Origin: Winogradskyella sp.
GTDB lineage: Bacteria; Bacteroidota; Bacteroidia; Flavobacteriales; Flavobacteriaceae
NCBI GenBank assembly: GCA_004211785.1
Contig: SHBX01000012.1
Span: 1,368 to 65,367, forward strand
Direction: 5' to 3'
DNA: 64,000 nucleotides
Shown here in pieces: positions 27,502 through 37,953 of the stretch. The notes under the pieces were generated by a model. That model saw only the letters and a program-made list of their open reading frames with translations, did no database searches and had not been told where the DNA came from. The position numbers were made by a program, and so were the translations under genes. Position 1 is the first letter of the stretch. Each line of letters starts with the position of its first letter.

Positions 27502-28941
27502 ATGAGCAACCATCCATTATCAAAACGTATTGGTCTTTTTCTAGGGCCAATTTTATTTTTAATACTTCAATTTTCATCATTAAACCTCATATCCGAAACT
27601 GCAGATACCGTTATCGGCGTAGCGACTTGGATGGTCATTTGGTGGATTACAGAAGCCGTTTCTATTTCAGTCACAGCGTTGTTACCATTGTTATTATTTC
27701 CATTATTTAAAATTATGCCAATGGCAGATGTTGGCGCCAATTACGGAAGTCCAATTGTTTTTTTGTTTTTTGGTGGTTTTGTATTGGCTTTGGCCTTAGA
27801 AAAAGTAAACCTACATAAACGTATAGCCTTAACCATCATAAAACTCACAGGAACATCTCCAAACAGAGTTATTCTTGGTTTTATGATTGCTACAGCTTTT
27901 ATGAGCATGTGGATAAGCAATACGGCAAGTACCGTTGTAATGTTACCAATAGCTATGTCGGTAATTAACTTACTCATCAACGATGAAGATGGCTTTACAA
28001 AATCTGATAAGAACTTTGCACTGAGTGTAATGCTTGGCATTGCCTTTGCAGCAAATGCTGGTGGAATTGCTACAGTTATCGGTACGCCTCCAAACTCAGT
28101 ATTAATCGGATTATTAGAAAATGAATACAATACGCAAATATCTTTTGTCAAATGGATGTCTTTTGGCTTGCCATTTTCAGTACTATTGGTGACTATTGTT
28201 TATTTGATATTAGTCAAAGTTTTATTTCCTTGTAAAGGTTTAGTTTTTGGAGCTTCAAATTCAGTAATTACTAATGAGTTAAAAAAGCTTGGTAAATTAT
28301 CGTCAAAGGAAAAACATGTGCTTATAATTTTTGCAGTAATTGTTTCATTATGGATTTTAAGAAGCCTTATTAATCAACTAATCCCTACACTTGGGCTTAA
28401 CGATACAATGATTAGTATTTTTGGAGCAATAGCCTTATTTGCTGTTCCGCATAACTTAAAAAAAGGAGATTTTGTTTTGCAATGGAAAGACACTCAGAAA
28501 CTCGCTTGGGGTATTTTAATTCTATTTGGTGGTGGGCTCGCATTAGCAAAAGGCATGTCTGCAAGTGGTATTGTTGATGTTGTCGCTAACGGAATTTCAA
28601 ACGCTAATATTAGTGTCTTGGCGGCTGCATCACTACTTATTGTTTTAATGTTATTTATGACCGAATTGATGAGTAACGTAGCTTTAACTGCTGTTTTAGC
28701 ACCAGTAGTTGCTGGTATCGCTATTGGATTAGATATTCCAATTTTACATTTATTAATTCCTGTAACTATTGCGAGTAGTTGTGCTTTTATGTTACCCATG
28801 GCAACACCGCCAAATGCCATAGTTTTTGCCAGTGGTTTTATTAAAGTACCCCAAATGGCTAGAGCCGGTATCATCTTGAATTTAATTTCCGTAGCTTTAT
28901 TAATCTTATTATTTCAGTTAGTAATGCCTATTTTGTTTTAA
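27502..28941 (+). CDS. DASS/SLC13 sodium:dicarboxylate or sulfate symporter
   Basis: SMWISNTAST, IGTPPN, TELMSN, AFMLPMATPPNAIV. Confidence 0.92.
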   Translation: MSNHPLSKRIGLFLGPILFLILQFSSLNLISETADTVIGVATWMVIWWITEAVSISVTALLPLLLFPLFKIMPMADVGANYGSPIVFLFFGGFVLALALEKVNLHKRIALTIIKLTGTSPNRVILGFMIATAFMSMWISNTASTVVMLPIAMSVINLLINDEDGFTKSDKNFALSVMLGIAFAANAGGIATVIGTPPNSVLIGLLENEYNTQISFVKWMSFGLPFSVLLVTIVYLILVKVLFPCKGLVFGASNSVITNELKKLGKLSSKEKHVLIIFAVIVSLWILRSLINQLIPTLGLNDTMISIFGAIALFAVPHNLKKGDFVLQWKDTQKLAWGILILFGGGLALAKGMSASGIVDVVANGISNANISVLAAASLLIVLMLFMTELMSNVALTAVLAPVVAGIAIGLDIPILHLLIPVTIASSCAFMLPMATPPNAIVFASGFIKVPQMARAGIILNLISVALLILLFQLVMPILF

Positions 28942-28944
28942 ATC

Positions 28945-29700
28945 ATGGCCAATTTTTTTAAGAACATTAGAAAATCTCATCTTATGAAAAACAACACCAA
29001 GAAATACCTTAAGTATGCCATTGGCGAAATTGTTTTGGTAGTTATTGGTATTCTGATAGCACTTCAAATTAACAATTGGAATGAGGCTAATAAGCAAGAA
29101 AAACAGGAAGTTGCATTATTAAATCAAGTAAAAACTGACATAACAATTAATAGCAACGACCTAGAAAGCTTGATAGAAAGTCTTAAAGTTAGTAATTACT
29201 CTGTCGACTCTGTTTTGGTGGCTATAAAGAAGAAAACTTTTAAACCTAGAACATCGATATTCTACTCTATACTTCACGGTAAATTATTTCTTAATAACAT
29301 CAATACCGGATACAGACGAATAGAAACAAGTTTTGGCTCAACCATAAAAAATGATACTATACTAAATAGCATTATCGAATTGTATGAAATTGATTTTGAT
29401 AATTCTCTAACCTTTCAAGAGCAAATGCATAGTTTAATTGACAATACACTTTACCCATTTACTAATACGCATTTTGAAGTATCATCTACATACAAGCTCA
29501 ATTTTGAAGGTTTTGATGATGGTCAAAAGAATTTTTTTCAACCTATAGATTTAGAAAATATCTCAAATAATAATACCTTCAAAAACATATTATTTCAGCT
29601 GAAACAAACCTCCGAAAATAGATTAAAGCATTGTGAAATGGTGAAATCGAAAATTAATAATCTCATATCTAAAATAGATTCAGAAATCGAATCTCGATAA
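28945..29700 (+). CDS. DUF6090-like membrane-anchored protein
   Basis: YLKYAIGEIVLVVIGILIALQINNWN signature. Confidence 0.8.
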   Translation: MANFFKNIRKSHLMKNNTKKYLKYAIGEIVLVVIGILIALQINNWNEANKQEKQEVALLNQVKTDITINSNDLESLIESLKVSNYSVDSVLVAIKKKTFKPRTSIFYSILHGKLFLNNINTGYRRIETSFGSTIKNDTILNSIIELYEIDFDNSLTFQEQMHSLIDNTLYPFTNTHFEVSSTYKLNFEGFDDGQKNFFQPIDLENISNNNTFKNILFQLKQTSENRLKHCEMVKSKINNLISKIDSEIESR

Positions 29701-29787
29701 GATTGAAAGAAATTATCTACAAACCTTAACATGCTAACGCTCAATTTTTTCGTATCTTAATTGTCCGAAAAAGAAAAAATTGACACT

Positions 29788-30237
29788 ATGAAGACTTCAA
29801 AACGTTTTGAAGCTGCTATAGAGAAACTCTATATCGCGTTTCATAATAATACATTAAATCCCGAATGTTGCAAGCAATGCGCCGTTGGAAATATTCTAAA
29901 TAACACTGAAAGTTGGAAATACCTTTCTGATAATCATGGTTCGACAAATCTTAATTATATCGGGCAATTTCACCAAAACTTAGGACGCCGTTTTAATGGC
30001 TATACACCAATAGAGTTATTAACTATTGAGTTCATTTTCCTAAAAGCTTGTGGCTATAAATTACCATTACATCACAAAAACGGGAAGCCGAACAACCCAA
30101 CAGACAAACATGTGCTTTTTAAGGCGCTTACAGCAGTGATATCACATCTATGCAGACTAGAAGGTATTGCAAACATTATGGACTATTCTAAGCTGTTTGA
30201 ATACGAAAATGACAAGCCAAAATATGAATTGGTTTAA
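29788..30237 (+). CDS. Conserved hypothetical Cys-containing protein
   Basis: ORF (ATG 29788 preferred to TTG 29761), ECCKQCAVGNI motif, followed by terminator. Confidence 0.7.
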   Translation: MKTSKRFEAAIEKLYIAFHNNTLNPECCKQCAVGNILNNTESWKYLSDNHGSTNLNYIGQFHQNLGRRFNGYTPIELLTIEFIFLKACGYKLPLHHKNGKPNNPTDKHVLFKALTAVISHLCRLEGIANIMDYSKLFEYENDKPKYELV

Positions 30238-30250
30238 AGTTTAACTACAT

Positions 30251-30291
30251 AAAACAAAAAAGCCAACGCAATGCGTTGGCTTTTTTGTTTT
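30251..30291. terminator. Bidirectional terminator ending nqr operon
   Basis: Perfect 20-bp inverted repeat AAAACAAAAAAGCCAACGCA/TGCGTTGGCTTTTTTGTTTT. Confidence 0.88.
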
Positions 30292-30304
30292 ATAATATCA
30301 ATGT

Positions 30305-31615
30305 CTATCCACCGAAGTCATCAAATCTAATATGCTCATCTGGGATTCCGAAATCCTCTCCCATTTTCTGCACCGCTTGGTTCATTAATGGAGGCCCACA
30401 GAAGTATAACTCTATATCTTCTGGTGCATCGTGAAGATTTAAATAATTATCAATAACACAATTGTGTATGAATCCTACAAAACCGTCACCAGCTTCATCA
30501 TTGATATCTGATTTCACTTTCCAGTTATCTTCTTCCATTGGCTCAGAAAGTGCCATATAGAATTTAAAGTTAGGAAAATCTTGCTCTAATTTTCTAAAAT
30601 GCTCAATATAGAATAACTCACGCTTAGAACGTCCGCCGTACCAATATGTTACTTTACGACCTGTCTTAATGGTTCTGAACAATTCATATAAGTGAGAACG
30701 CATTGGTGCCATACCAGCACCACCACCAACGTAAAGCATTTCGCTTTCTGACTCATTGATGAAGAACTCACCGTAAGGTCCAGAAATAGTTACTTTGTCT
30801 CCAGGTTTTTGTGCAAAAATATATGACGATGCTACACCTGGATTTACATCCATCCACTGGTTTTTAGATCGGTCCCATGGCGGTGTTGCAATACGTACGT
30901 TAAGCATAATCTCACGTCCTTCAGCTGGGTAAGACGCCATAGAATAAGCACGCTCAACAACTTCAGTGTTTTTCATGCTTAACGGCCAAAGACCAAACTT
31001 ATCCCATTCTGCTTGAAACTTATCTGCAACTTCATGCTCTTCAGGATGCGCCGTAATATCGATATCTGAATACTTGATTTCACATTCAGGAATTTCAATC
31101 TGAATATATCCACCAGCTTTATAACCCATATCTTCAGGAATCTCTACTACGAACTCCTTGATAAATGATGCTACATTATAGTTACGTACAACAGTTGCTT
31201 CCCATTTTTTGATACCAAACACTTCTTCAGGTATGGTAATTTCCATATCCTGCTTTACTTTTACCTGACAAGATAAACGAGCACCATGTTGCAATTCCTT
31301 ACGAGAAAAATGAGGTGTCTCAGTTGGCAAAGCTTCACCTCCACCAGAAAGTACGTGACACTCACACTGAATGCAAGTTCCACCACCACCACAAGCAGAT
31401 GGTAAGAAAATTTTATTTCCACCTAAAGTAGATAGTAAAGTGCCTCCTGATGCTACTTCTATTTCACGCTCGCCATTAATCAAAATCTTTACTGGACCTG
31501 ATGGTGACAACTTTTGCTTTACAAAAAGTAATAAACTCACTAATACCAACGTAATTAATAAAAACGCTGCTACTGTTGCTAATACTGTTCCTAATGTTCC
31601 TGCTGCTAAAATCAT
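30305..31615 (-). CDS. nqrF: Na+-NQR subunit F
   Basis: SACGGGGTC..C 2Fe-2S, RAYSMA, GGGAGMAPMRSH, CGPP, FDDFGG. Confidence 0.97.
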   Translation of the reverse strand: MILAAGTLGTVLATVAAFLLITLVLVSLLLFVKQKLSPSGPVKILINGEREIEVASGGTLLSTLGGNKIFLPSACGGGGTCIQCECHVLSGGGEALPTETPHFSRKELQHGARLSCQVKVKQDMEITIPEEVFGIKKWEATVVRNYNVASFIKEFVVEIPEDMGYKAGGYIQIEIPECEIKYSDIDITAHPEEHEVADKFQAEWDKFGLWPLSMKNTEVVERAYSMASYPAEGREIMLNVRIATPPWDRSKNQWMDVNPGVASSYIFAQKPGDKVTISGPYGEFFINESESEMLYVGGGAGMAPMRSHLYELFRTIKTGRKVTYWYGGRSKRELFYIEHFRKLEQDFPNFKFYMALSEPMEEDNWKVKSDINDEAGDGFVGFIHNCVIDNYLNLHDAPEDIELYFCGPPLMNQAVQKMGEDFGIPDEHIRFDDFGG

Positions 31616-31617
31616 AT

Positions 31618-32340
31618 TTAGTCTATAGTTTTAGTATTCTCTGCTAATTTCTTAGCAGTTTCAGTTTGTTTGTCTTCAATTTGAATTGCCTGCTCTGTCT
31701 TCGGCGCTTCCTCTTCATCTCCTCCAGTTAACATGCCTCCAAAGCTTAAGAATCCGATACCCATTAATCCAGTAATGATGAATGTAATTCCTAACCCTCT
31801 TAATGGTGCTGGCACGTTTGAATATCTGATTTTCTCACGGATAGCTGCAATAGCTAGAATAGCTAAAAACCATCCAATACCTGAAGATATTCCGTAGTTA
31901 ACTGCTAATCCAAAAGTTTCGATTTCACGAGATTGCATAAACAATGAACCACCTAAAATGGCACAGTTTACAGCAATTAATGGTAAAAATATACCTAACG
32001 AATTATATAATGACGGAGAGAATTTCTCTACTACAATCTCTACTAATTGTACCATAGTTGCAATGGTTGCAATAAACATGATGAAAGACAAGAAGCCTAA
32101 ATCATAATCTGCATACTCTTCACCTAACCATGATAATGCGCCTGGTTGTAATAAATATTGATCTAATAACCAGTTTAGTGGTACTGTTATGGCCAATACA
32201 AATATTACTGCTGCACCAAGACCTACTGCTGTTGCTACTTTTTTAGATACAGCTAAGTACGAACACATCCCTAAGAACACGGCAAATACCATATTATCTA
32301 TAAAGATGGACTTAAAAAATAATTCTAAATGTTCTATCAT
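31618..32340 (-). CDS. nqrE: Na+-NQR subunit E
   Basis: FLGMCSYLAVS, LGIFLPLIAVNCAI. Confidence 0.96.
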   Translation of the reverse strand: MIEHLELFFKSIFIDNMVFAVFLGMCSYLAVSKKVATAVGLGAAVIFVLAITVPLNWLLDQYLLQPGALSWLGEEYADYDLGFLSFIMFIATIATMVQLVEIVVEKFSPSLYNSLGIFLPLIAVNCAILGGSLFMQSREIETFGLAVNYGISSGIGWFLAILAIAAIREKIRYSNVPAPLRGLGITFIITGLMGIGFLSFGGMLTGGDEEEAPKTEQAIQIEDKQTETAKKLAENTKTID

Positions 32341-32373
32341 TTTCTTATGCTTTTATAGTTGAAGCGCTATGGC

Positions 32374-33018
32374 TTAGTCTTCTATTAAATCTTTATTTCT
32401 ACTACGTTGTACCCAGATTAATAATCCTACTATGATTAAGGCCATTGGCGGCATTAACATAAAACCATTATTCTCGTAACCGATTGAATACACACCTGTC
32501 TTCTCAATTGGGTCTCCTAATACAGGAATACCTAATAATGTACCTGAACCTAATAACTCTCTAAAAAAGCCAACAATTATTAAGATAAGTGCATAACCGA
32601 ATGCATTACCAATACCATCAAGGAAAGATTTCCAAGGTCCGTTACCTAAAGCAAAGGCTTCAAAACGTCCCATGATAATACAGTTTGTAATAATTAATCC
32701 TACAAATACTGAAAGTGTTTTACTCAGCTCGTAAGCGAAAGCTTTTAATACCTGGTCAACTATAATTACTAAAGAAGCAACTACAATAAGTTGAACGATA
32801 ATTCTAATTTTTGATGGTATGATATTTCTGATTAAAGAAATAACAACGTTACCTATCCCTAATACAAATAATACAGCAACCCCCATTACAATAGAAGCCT
32901 TAAGCTCTGCTGTAATTGCTAATGCAGAACAAATACCTAATACTTGAATAGTAATAGGGTTGTTATCTGCTAACGGGTCTGTGATTAACTTTGTATCTTT
33001 TTTTGAAAGTAGTCCCAT
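32374..33018 (-). CDS. nqrD: Na+-NQR subunit D
   Basis: NNPI..QVLGICSALA, GLIITNCIIMGR. Confidence 0.96.
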   Translation of the reverse strand: MGLLSKKDTKLITDPLADNNPITIQVLGICSALAITAELKASIVMGVAVLFVLGIGNVVISLIRNIIPSKIRIIVQLIVVASLVIIVDQVLKAFAYELSKTLSVFVGLIITNCIIMGRFEAFALGNGPWKSFLDGIGNAFGYALILIIVGFFRELLGSGTLLGIPVLGDPIEKTGVYSIGYENNGFMLMPPMALIIVGLLIWVQRSRNKDLIED

Positions 33019-33019
33019 A

Positions 33020-33769
33020 TTATTTTAATGTTTTAAAGTAAGGTAAATACAATTTTAAATCTTTCTTTATCATTGCAGATACACCGTCTCCAGTAATAGT
33101 TGCACCAGCTAAGGCATCAACTTCGTAATCGTCTTTTATTTTGTTTGTTGGGTCATTGTTACCTTTTGCAACCGTGATTCCTTTGAAATCTCCAGAAGCT
33201 GTTAATAATAATTCACCTTCAAAATCGTCCATAAAATAACGTTGCTTAATGTTAGCACCTAAACCAGGTGTTTCACCTTTATGGTCAAAAAATGCACCTT
33301 GTATTACCATGTTTTGATCCATAGCCACATAACCCCAAATAGCATCCCATAAACCTTTTCCTCGTATTGGTGCTACGTAGAATTTCTTTCCGTCTTTTTC
33401 ACCAACAAATAAAGGCAAACGTCTAGTTTCTCCATTTTTTGCTTTGGCCTGTTCCTTCTTAACATCAATTAAGTAAGCTTCTGCATCTTCAGTAAAACCT
33501 CCTTGAGCATCAACTACTAATTGTTGTTTTATATATTTTGAAAACTCACCAGCAACTTTATCGGTAGCTACAAAAGTAATATCACCTTTATCTTCATTAC
33601 CATTTACACCCATTGCATAAAGAATGTTTTGTTGCTTTTCCATACGCTCATTTTCATCAATATTTGGAGCTAATGATGATGCTGTAAACGCTAATAAAGA
33701 ACCAACGATTAATACCATTGCAACTGCAAACATGATGGTGTACGAATTTTTTTCTGTATCTATTGCCAT
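33020..33769 (-). CDS. nqrC: Na+-NQR subunit C
   Basis: GKGLW, HKGETPGLG, VDALAGATIT (FMN-Thr). Confidence 0.95.
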   Translation of the reverse strand: MAIDTEKNSYTIMFAVAMVLIVGSLLAFTASSLAPNIDENERMEKQQNILYAMGVNGNEDKGDITFVATDKVAGEFSKYIKQQLVVDAQGGFTEDAEAYLIDVKKEQAKAKNGETRRLPLFVGEKDGKKFYVAPIRGKGLWDAIWGYVAMDQNMVIQGAFFDHKGETPGLGANIKQRYFMDDFEGELLLTASGDFKGITVAKGNNDPTNKIKDDYEVDALAGATITGDGVSAMIKKDLKLYLPYFKTLK

Positions 33770-33771
33770 AA

Positions 33772-34980
33772 CTATGCTGTTTTAACTTTTGCACGTTTTA
33801 ATCTACGCTTTACATTGCCTTGTACCACATAATGGTCAATGGTTGGCGCGAATACGTTCATTAATAATATTGCTAAGAATACACCTTCTGGGTATGCCGG
33901 GTTGAATACACGTATCATAATTGAAATGAAACCAATTAAAAATCCGTAAATCCATTTTCCTTTATTTGTTTGAGATGCCGTTACTGGGTCTGTTGCCATA
34001 TAAACTGCTCCAAACAATATACTTCCTATGATTAAGTGTTGCCAAAAAGGCACATTCATTAATCCGTAAAATTTACTTGATTCTCCAATCCATTCTGCTG
34101 AAACAACACCATTAAAGATTAAGCCCATTGTTAAAGCCCCTATTAAAGTAGAAAGGATAATTCTCCAACTTCCGATTTTAGTAAAAATCAAAAATAAAGC
34201 ACCAACTATGATTAAGAATTTAGACGTCTCACCTACTGAACCAGGAATAATTCCCCAGAACATATCCCAAATATCATGACCTAAAGTTCCGTTATTTTGT
34301 GCTAAACTTCCTAATATAGTTTCACCTGAATAAGCATCTGGTGTTCCTGCTGCAGCATTAGCGCCATGAACCCAAACCTTATCACCTGACATCCAAGTCG
34401 GGTATGCAAAGAACAAGAATGCACGTATCGTTAATGCAGGATTCAAAATATTCATTCCTGTACCACCAAAAACTTCTTTTCCAATAACAACACCAAAAAT
34501 TACAGCTACAGATAACATCCATAACGGGATATCGACTGGTACAATTAATGGCACTAACATACCTGTTACTAGGTAACCTTCTTCAACTTCGTGCCCTTTG
34601 ATAATCGCGAAAACAAACTCTACGGCTAGTCCAACACCATAAGATACGATGACTAGTGGTAATACTTTCCAAAGTCCAATAACTAAGTTATCCCAAGTCC
34701 AAAATGATGCGCCTAAAAATCCATCTGCAGACTCTATTAAACCTTGTGCTAAGTAATGTTGATAACCTGCGTTAAACATACCAAAGATTAAACATGGCAC
34801 TAATGCCATGATAACGGTATTCATCGTACGCTTTAAGTCATCTGCTGCCTTTATGTGAGTTCCGTTATGCGTCGTCTCATTAGGCATATATAAAAACGTA
34901 AAAAGTGCATTAAAACCTGGAAGCCACTTCTTGTCTTTATTCTTTTCCTTGAAATTATGTAAATTTTGTTTTAAACCCAT
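33772..34980 (-). CDS. nqrB: Na+-NQR subunit B
   Basis: DLKRTM, KEVFGGTGMN, SGET (FMN site), GSVGETS, MATDPV. Confidence 0.96.
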   Translation of the reverse strand: MGLKQNLHNFKEKNKDKKWLPGFNALFTFLYMPNETTHNGTHIKAADDLKRTMNTVIMALVPCLIFGMFNAGYQHYLAQGLIESADGFLGASFWTWDNLVIGLWKVLPLVIVSYGVGLAVEFVFAIIKGHEVEEGYLVTGMLVPLIVPVDIPLWMLSVAVIFGVVIGKEVFGGTGMNILNPALTIRAFLFFAYPTWMSGDKVWVHGANAAAGTPDAYSGETILGSLAQNNGTLGHDIWDMFWGIIPGSVGETSKFLIIVGALFLIFTKIGSWRIILSTLIGALTMGLIFNGVVSAEWIGESSKFYGLMNVPFWQHLIIGSILFGAVYMATDPVTASQTNKGKWIYGFLIGFISIMIRVFNPAYPEGVFLAILLMNVFAPTIDHYVVQGNVKRRLKRAKVKTA

Positions 34981-34987
34981 CTTGTAA

Positions 34988-35086
34988 TATTTTTCATTTC
35001 ACTTCGATCAATGAATAAAATGTTATTTTTCATTTCGTTCCTCAATGAATAAAATGTTATTTTTCATTTCGTTCCTCAATGAATAA
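34988..35086. repeat. Three tandem 34-36 bp hairpin-forming units filling the nqrA-nqrB spacer
   Basis: Units 34988-35023, 35024-35057, 35058-35086; core TATTTTTCATTTCGTTCCTCAATGAATAA. Confidence 0.9.
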
Positions 35087-36439
35087 TTATCCAATTTCTT
35101 TAAGCATTAAGTCTAATCCTTCTCTAATTATTTTTTGGTGTGGCTGTTTAGACACACACACAAATTCTGTCAATGCAAAATCCTCTGGTGCAACTTCGTA
35201 CATTCCTAAAGCTTCCATCTCATCTAAATCCTTGTACATACAAGCTTTTAAAATCTGCATTGGGTAAATATCTAAAGGAAATACTTCTTCGTAAGTTCCT
35301 GTAGTAACAAATGCACGGTGTTCTCCGTTTGTATTTGTATTTAAGGCAAACTTCTTCTTAGGTGTTAACCAAGAAAATGTCAATGCTCTAGATGTAGATA
35401 CTTTATTGAAAATTGGTTTGTTCCAACCAAAGAATTCGTAATCATCACCTTCTGGAATTACTGAAATTACATTGCTATAATAATCTAAGCTTCCATCTGG
35501 TTTTACTTCTTTACCTGATAATACATTACCAGAAATAATTCTGTCATTACCATCTTTGTCAACACCGTTGTCATATACCATTGTAGACACCTCAGCACCT
35601 ATTTTAGTTTTAAAATAACGTGGCTTTTTTACTGAAGAACCTGCTAATGCAACTGTACGTTCAGCATTAAACTTACCAGTTAACAATAACTCACCGATAA
35701 TGACTAGGTCTTGAGCATTTACTGTCCAAACAACTTCTCCTTTATTAACAGGATTTACTTTGTTAATTAAAGTACCTACATTACCAGCAGGATGTGGACC
35801 AGAAACCGTAAATGTTGATGCATTATCTAAATTAGCTAAAGGCGAATTTGAATCTTTACCAACCGAAACATGAACACCACCATCTGTTAGTTTTGAAAGT
35901 GCCGTAACCGCAGCTTGCAATTCTGCTTCTTTACCTGTTAAAGTAAAATCTAAATCAGCAGCTAATGGTGCAGAAGCATATCCTGAAACAAATATAGCTT
36001 TTGGCATATTGTTAGGGTTTGCAACAACATCATAAGGACGTTGCTTAACAAAGGCCCAACAACCAGAAGCTAACAAATGTGCTTTAATAGCATCTGCATC
36101 TAAGTTTAAATCAAATTTACCGTGGTCTATATAAGACTGTTCTTTGTCAGCAGTTACCTTAATTGCCATGATACGACGTCTATCGCCTCGTAACACTTCG
36201 GTAACTTCACCTGAAGCAGGCGAAACAAATTTCATAGCCTCGTTATCTTTATTAAAAAATAACGTTTCTCCAGCCTTTACTTTTGAGCCCTCTTTAGCAA
36301 CAAGTTTTGGTGTGATACTATGAAAATCTTCTGGCCTAACTGTGAAAGTATTGCTAATTATAGCATTCTCGGTTGTCTTTTCGGCTTCGCCAACCAATTT
36401 TATATCTAAGCCTTTTTTTATTCTAATGTCTTTTGACAT
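35087..36439 (-). CDS. nqrA: Na+-NQR subunit A
   Basis: IKKGLDI, GPHPAGNVG, RIISGNVLSG, EDFALTEFVCVSK. Confidence 0.96.
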   Translation of the reverse strand: MSKDIRIKKGLDIKLVGEAEKTTENAIISNTFTVRPEDFHSITPKLVAKEGSKVKAGETLFFNKDNEAMKFVSPASGEVTEVLRGDRRRIMAIKVTADKEQSYIDHGKFDLNLDADAIKAHLLASGCWAFVKQRPYDVVANPNNMPKAIFVSGYASAPLAADLDFTLTGKEAELQAAVTALSKLTDGGVHVSVGKDSNSPLANLDNASTFTVSGPHPAGNVGTLINKVNPVNKGEVVWTVNAQDLVIIGELLLTGKFNAERTVALAGSSVKKPRYFKTKIGAEVSTMVYDNGVDKDGNDRIISGNVLSGKEVKPDGSLDYYSNVISVIPEGDDYEFFGWNKPIFNKVSTSRALTFSWLTPKKKFALNTNTNGEHRAFVTTGTYEEVFPLDIYPMQILKACMYKDLDEMEALGMYEVAPEDFALTEFVCVSKQPHQKIIREGLDLMLKEIG

Positions 36440-36624
36440 ATTTCTTAAGATTAGTTATCTAAAAAATCGGTGCAAAAATACGAATTAAAAGGGCAATTTT
36501 GTACTATATATATTTGACTTGATTTTATTTATAATTATTCTAAATAAAATTTTTCAGAAGAAATTTTGTAACTAAAATTAAAGGCATGGATTTTGATTAT
36601 CTTTGTTTGTCAATAAATCTACTC

Positions 36625-37872
36625 ATGATTAAAAAAACGCTTTGTATACTATTTTTTGTGACTTTTCGCATCATAGGTTTTTCTCAAACAGAAGAAATAT
36701 TACCTCCTGATTTTATTAAAACCATAACTTTTAAAGGAAGCACTAGCCAGTCTCAATTACCAATACTCAGACTAGGCGAGCCTTTTAGCCTTGAATTTGA
36801 TGCCCTAACTGGTAATGAAGAAGATTTCTACTATAAAATAGAGTACTTTGATTACGACTGGAAACCATCTCAGCTGGTAAAAGGAGAATATCTTAAAGGA
36901 ATAGATAATGTTAGAATCATAAACTATCTCAATTCCCTGAACACATACCAAATGTATTCGCATTACGATTTAAGAATTCCTAACCGACAAACCAAAGGCT
37001 TATCAAAGTCGGGGAACTATATGATTACAATCTATGACGACTATGACGAAGTCATGTTTTCAAGAAAGTTTATGATTGTAGAAGATATAGCTGCTGTGGG
37101 CGTACAAGCAAAACGTACTCGCAATTTTGAAACCATTAATGAAAAACAAATTGTAAACATTAAGATTAATTCTGGTAGCACTAATCTTAACAATCCGCTT
37201 GAGACCATTAAAACCTTGATTATTCAAAATAATAATTTGAATACTGCTATTTCAGATTTAAAGCCTCAGTTTACACTAGGTAACGAACTCATATACAGAT
37301 ATGATGATGAATCCTCATTTTGGGCAGGAAACGAATACCTGAATTTTGAAACTAAAAATGTTCGTACTGCAAGTCTAGGTATCCAATTTATAGATTTGCA
37401 AGATTTATATCACAGTTATTTATTTAAACAAATAAACAGAAAAAATAGACCTTACACTTGGAACCCGGATATAAACGGAAACTTTTTAATCAATGCTATA
37501 GACGTCGATAATATTGATGTACAAGCTGATTATACGTTAGTGCATTTCACACTTCTTGAAAATGAGTTTCCGGGTAAAGATGTACATGTTTATGGCAACT
37601 TTAACAACTTTGCCATAGAAGATATGACCCGCATGTATTATAACAATGAAAGTGGTCATTACGAATGTATCTTAAAACTTAAGCAAGGTTTTTACAATTA
37701 TAAATTTGTTACTGTTGATATTAATGGAACTATTGACGAAGGCGCTATAAGCGGAAACTTTTGGCAAACAGAAAACAATTATAAAGTTTTAGTCTATTAC
37801 AGAGACCTTGGCGCTCGCTTTGATAGACTTATTGGATTTGGTGAAACTAACTCCGAACGCATTAGAAATTAA
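36625..37872 (+). CDS. T9SS plug protein (DUF5103 family)
   Basis: Signal peptide from ATG 36625 (upstream ATG overlaps a TATCTTTG box); DWKPS, YSHY.L.IPN, SGNY, LKQGFYNY, FWQTEN.Y..LVYYR. Confidence 0.75.
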   Translation: MIKKTLCILFFVTFRIIGFSQTEEILPPDFIKTITFKGSTSQSQLPILRLGEPFSLEFDALTGNEEDFYYKIEYFDYDWKPSQLVKGEYLKGIDNVRIINYLNSLNTYQMYSHYDLRIPNRQTKGLSKSGNYMITIYDDYDEVMFSRKFMIVEDIAAVGVQAKRTRNFETINEKQIVNIKINSGSTNLNNPLETIKTLIIQNNNLNTAISDLKPQFTLGNELIYRYDDESSFWAGNEYLNFETKNVRTASLGIQFIDLQDLYHSYLFKQINRKNRPYTWNPDINGNFLINAIDVDNIDVQADYTLVHFTLLENEFPGKDVHVYGNFNNFAIEDMTRMYYNNESGHYECILKLKQGFYNYKFVTVDINGTIDEGAISGNFWQTENNYKVLVYYRDLGARFDRLIGFGETNSERIRN

Positions 37873-37953
37873 AATCTATTTTCTAAAAAAGAATATTGTA
37901 AGTATCTTGAACGTTTTTAGACAAATACGCCATCAATACTACTATATTTAACT

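Noticed and set aside
27741-28874. Antisense ORFs of 136 and 126 aa in the DASS transporter
   Set aside because: Shadow frames of a hydrophobic gene with no motifs; the same applies to the other short overlapping ORFs in the track.
34988-35086. Possible CRISPR array or hammerhead ribozyme
   Set aside because: Units abut with no unique spacers and no cas genes. TTGAGGA..GAAA resembles a hammerhead core but lacks stem II and the other arms.
35079-35267. 62-aa ORF starting within the nqr repeat
   Set aside because: Antisense to the nqrA 3' end; the ATG comes from the repeat.
36586-36624. Longer N-terminus of the plug protein
   Set aside because: Overlaps a TATCTTTG -7 box; ATG 36625 gives a normal signal peptide.
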